The translations under genes and the position numbers were made by a program. Positions 62,301 through 64,000 of a DNA stretch of 64,000 nt are shown here, piece after piece. The notes under the pieces are model-generated. The model was given only the letters and a program-made list of their open reading frames with translations. It did not search any database and was not told where the DNA came from. The DNA is taken from contig NC_058131.1 in NCBI RefSeq assembly GCF_016433145.1, positions 321,912,732 through 321,976,731 on the forward strand. The letters run 5' to 3'. This stretch comes from Gracilinanus agilis. Lineage: Eukaryota. Every line of letters starts with the position of its first letter. Positions within the stretch are counted from its first letter, which is position 1.

Positions 62301-62964
62301 CAGAAAGAAAAATATAAGTTCTGTTTCAAGTGACTTAAAAAAAAGGAATGATATTGTTTGGTGTTCTCCAAGGCAACTGAGAGTATCTCATTTGAGCCTT
62401 ACAAAAGATCTACTAAAGTCACACATAAATAGTACACCCCTTTTACAGATGGTAAATATTCTATAACTCTTATTTTCCTGAGCCTCAGAGAAATAATCAT
62501 GATTTGTTCAAGGTCATGCACCTAGTAAATGAAGAAAGCCAAGATTTGAATCCAGTTCTCTTGCCTCCGTATTCAGTTGCTTCCTTGGGAAAGGAAGGGA
62601 TGGAACTATGGTGAGACCAAAAGAATCTAAGGAAATTAATGACTTTGGGAGTACAGATATAGAATGCTGACAGTGGAACACTGTAGCCACTCTGAAAGCC
62701 ACCCAGACAAACCCTGCCCTTGGGGAGCTCTCTTTAAGGAAAAAAAGTAGGAAAAATGATTACCTGGGCAGTGGCTACCTGAGCCTGCTGCCATTGCTGG
62801 AGAAGCTGGTGATGAAGGAGCCGGGTACAATGTGGAGTCAAGAGTGGTGTTACTGGCATGACTGATGACTTGGGGGAGGATTCCAGGCTTCTTGAGGGTG
62901 ACCATGGCTGGGCACTGGCAGGGTGGGCAGAGCCAGATCCAACATCCTGGGCACAGCGGCATAC
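54466..62964 (-). CDS. NOS1AP-like: 3' part (4 coding exons) of a NOS1AP/CAPON-family adaptor gene, probably a paralog; 5' PTB exons lie outside the window
   Basis: Spliced frame reads ...[17 protein letters not shown]|[47 protein letters not shown]..., matching the recalled NOS1AP coiled coil [59 protein letters not shown]. All three introns are GT-AG with compatible phases (0, 1, 2). TAA stop at 54468-54466. Confidence 0.9.
55971..56175 (-). CDS. NOS1AP-like: NOS1AP-like exon (205 nt, phase 1 to 2)
   Basis: Strong acceptor ctctttcccttcttcccaaacag|GT, donor GATAG|GTCAGT. The frame continues from the previous exon and contains [16 protein letters not shown] and DESEETD. Confidence 0.82.
56350..56393. 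repeat. (GT)n microsatellite in the NOS1AP-like intron
   Basis: Direct reading. Confidence 0.97.
56973..57138 (-). CDS. NOS1AP-like: NOS1AP-like coiled-coil exon (166 nt, phase 0 to 1)
   Basis: Acceptor ttctccag|GTACAG, donor AATG|GTAAGG. Encodes [55 protein letters not shown]; about 32/50 identical to human NOS1AP as recalled. Confidence 0.93.
58230..59560 (-). mobile_element. Long L2 fragment (intronic)
   Basis: Minus [30 protein letters not shown] and L2 3' motifs; includes a 24-bp tandem duplication at 59193-59242. Confidence 0.7.
59900..60070 (+). mobile_element. CR1/L3 3' fragment
   Basis: ttttcaaatatctgaagaactgtc..gacttgttctgttt..ttcctgacaatcagagttgtcc. Confidence 0.65.
61811..62015. 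mobile_element. Second copy of the 43735 MITE family, nested in a CORE-SINE (61695-62130)
   Basis: Ends CAGTGGTGTGAAC / TGATACCTCTG; shared internal tatctatgtt..aatatt(t/c)cccaatta. Confidence 0.75.
62764..62964 (-). CDS. NOS1AP-like: NOS1AP-like exon: Ser/Pro-rich linker plus Gln-rich start of the coiled coil
   Basis: Donor GCCCAG|GTAATC at 62763 (phase 0). In-frame acceptor is either ccaag|GTA (62964) or cccag|GAT (62946). Encodes [29 protein letters not shown], similar to recalled [29 protein letters not shown]. Confidence 0.85.
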
Positions 62965-63559
62965 CTTGGACAATGTTGGGATTGAGAAAGGAAGTGGAGG
63001 CATAATGAATACTTTTGGGGGGCCTGGCTTAGCCACACCAGGAAAGATTGAATTTAATAGAAAAAGACAGATATAGAGGGATGGGAAAAATCATGAATCA
63101 CGTAACTATGGAAAAAGTTTCTTAATTAATTAATTAAAAAAAAAAGAGAGACAGATATAGTGAAGCAAAGAGGAGAACAAATCCAGTCATACACACACTG
63201 GCATCTTTAAGAGTGTGTGTGCTTTGGTGTAGGCAGGGACCCAAATCTGACTGTGATTCACACTTTCCTACTGTGATACATTTGGTTTCTAATAGCCCTA
63301 GATTCTTAGGGACACCTAATTCTGGTAGGGATAGCCTGATCTGGGAACTGGGCTTGTAACACTGAGATACACATATCAACTTTCATTTACTCACAAGGCT
63401 TATGAAGGTAAATTCCAGCTTGGATAATTGAAAACCACAGATAAACCTCAAAAATTGAAAACTTTTTTTGCTTGGCTTTGGGCTATAGAATAAGTAGTTC
63501 TTTTTTAAATAAAAAAAATTAGAAGAAGTAGTTCTTAGAATTAGAAGGGCCCTTAGATG

Positions 63560-63960
63560 TCATCTATTCCAAATGGTTTTGAAACAGAAATCTCTACTAT
63601 AATAGTCTTCCTCATAGGGAGTCAGCCAATCTCTACATTAACACCTTCCATGAAAAACAACTCACTAGTTATATAGACAGCCCATTCTACTGTCAGACAG
63701 CTCTGTTTAGAAGTTATTCCTCATATTGAACCAAGGTCTATTTCACTGAAAATTCTTCCTATTGGTCCTAATTCTGCTTTCTGGGGCTATGCAGAATAAG
63801 ACTAAACCCCATGCCACATGACAGTCCTTTTAAATATCTAAAGGTAGCAATAATGTTCATCTCAGGTCTTCTCTGTCCTAAACATCCTTAATTCCTTCAA
63901 CTGATCCTTACATGACATGAGGTTATGGGTCCCTTGCCCTATAGCAGGCCTTCCCACTAA
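63560..63960 (-). mobile_element. CR1/L3 3' fragment
   Basis: ctcactagttatatagacagcccattctactgtcagacagctctgtttagaagttattcctcatattgaacc. Confidence 0.65.
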
Positions 63961-64000
63961 GATAAAGGGGGGAGTCCATCTTCTCAATCAAATGAGTGCT

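Overview
Marsupial genomic DNA, most likely a didelphid opossum, inferred from many CORE-SINEs of the SINE1_Mdo and MAR1 types plus L1, L2, CR1 and RTE relics and hAT MITEs. The only protein-coding gene I can support is the 3' part of a minus-strand NOS1AP/CAPON-family gene. It has four coding exons (62964 or 62946-62764, 57138-56973, 56175-55971, 54757-54466) with phase-consistent GT-AG junctions, encoding about 281-287 aa; the PTB-domain exons would lie beyond 64000. By comparison with human NOS1AP as I remember it, it looks like a diverged paralog rather than the ortholog. It appears to join a NOS1AP last-exon-like segment to a C1orf226-like final exon, and it lacks the canonical nNOS-binding C-terminus. 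Positions 1-54 kb are repeat-rich and gene-free, with several repeat-free, CpG- or motif-rich islands that look like enhancers. One has a perfect RFX X-box beside an inverted forkhead pair. There are three N gaps, two of which end in Tn5/Nextera mosaic-end adapter remnants. No alignments or database searches could be run, so all homology and family names come from recall and need checking.
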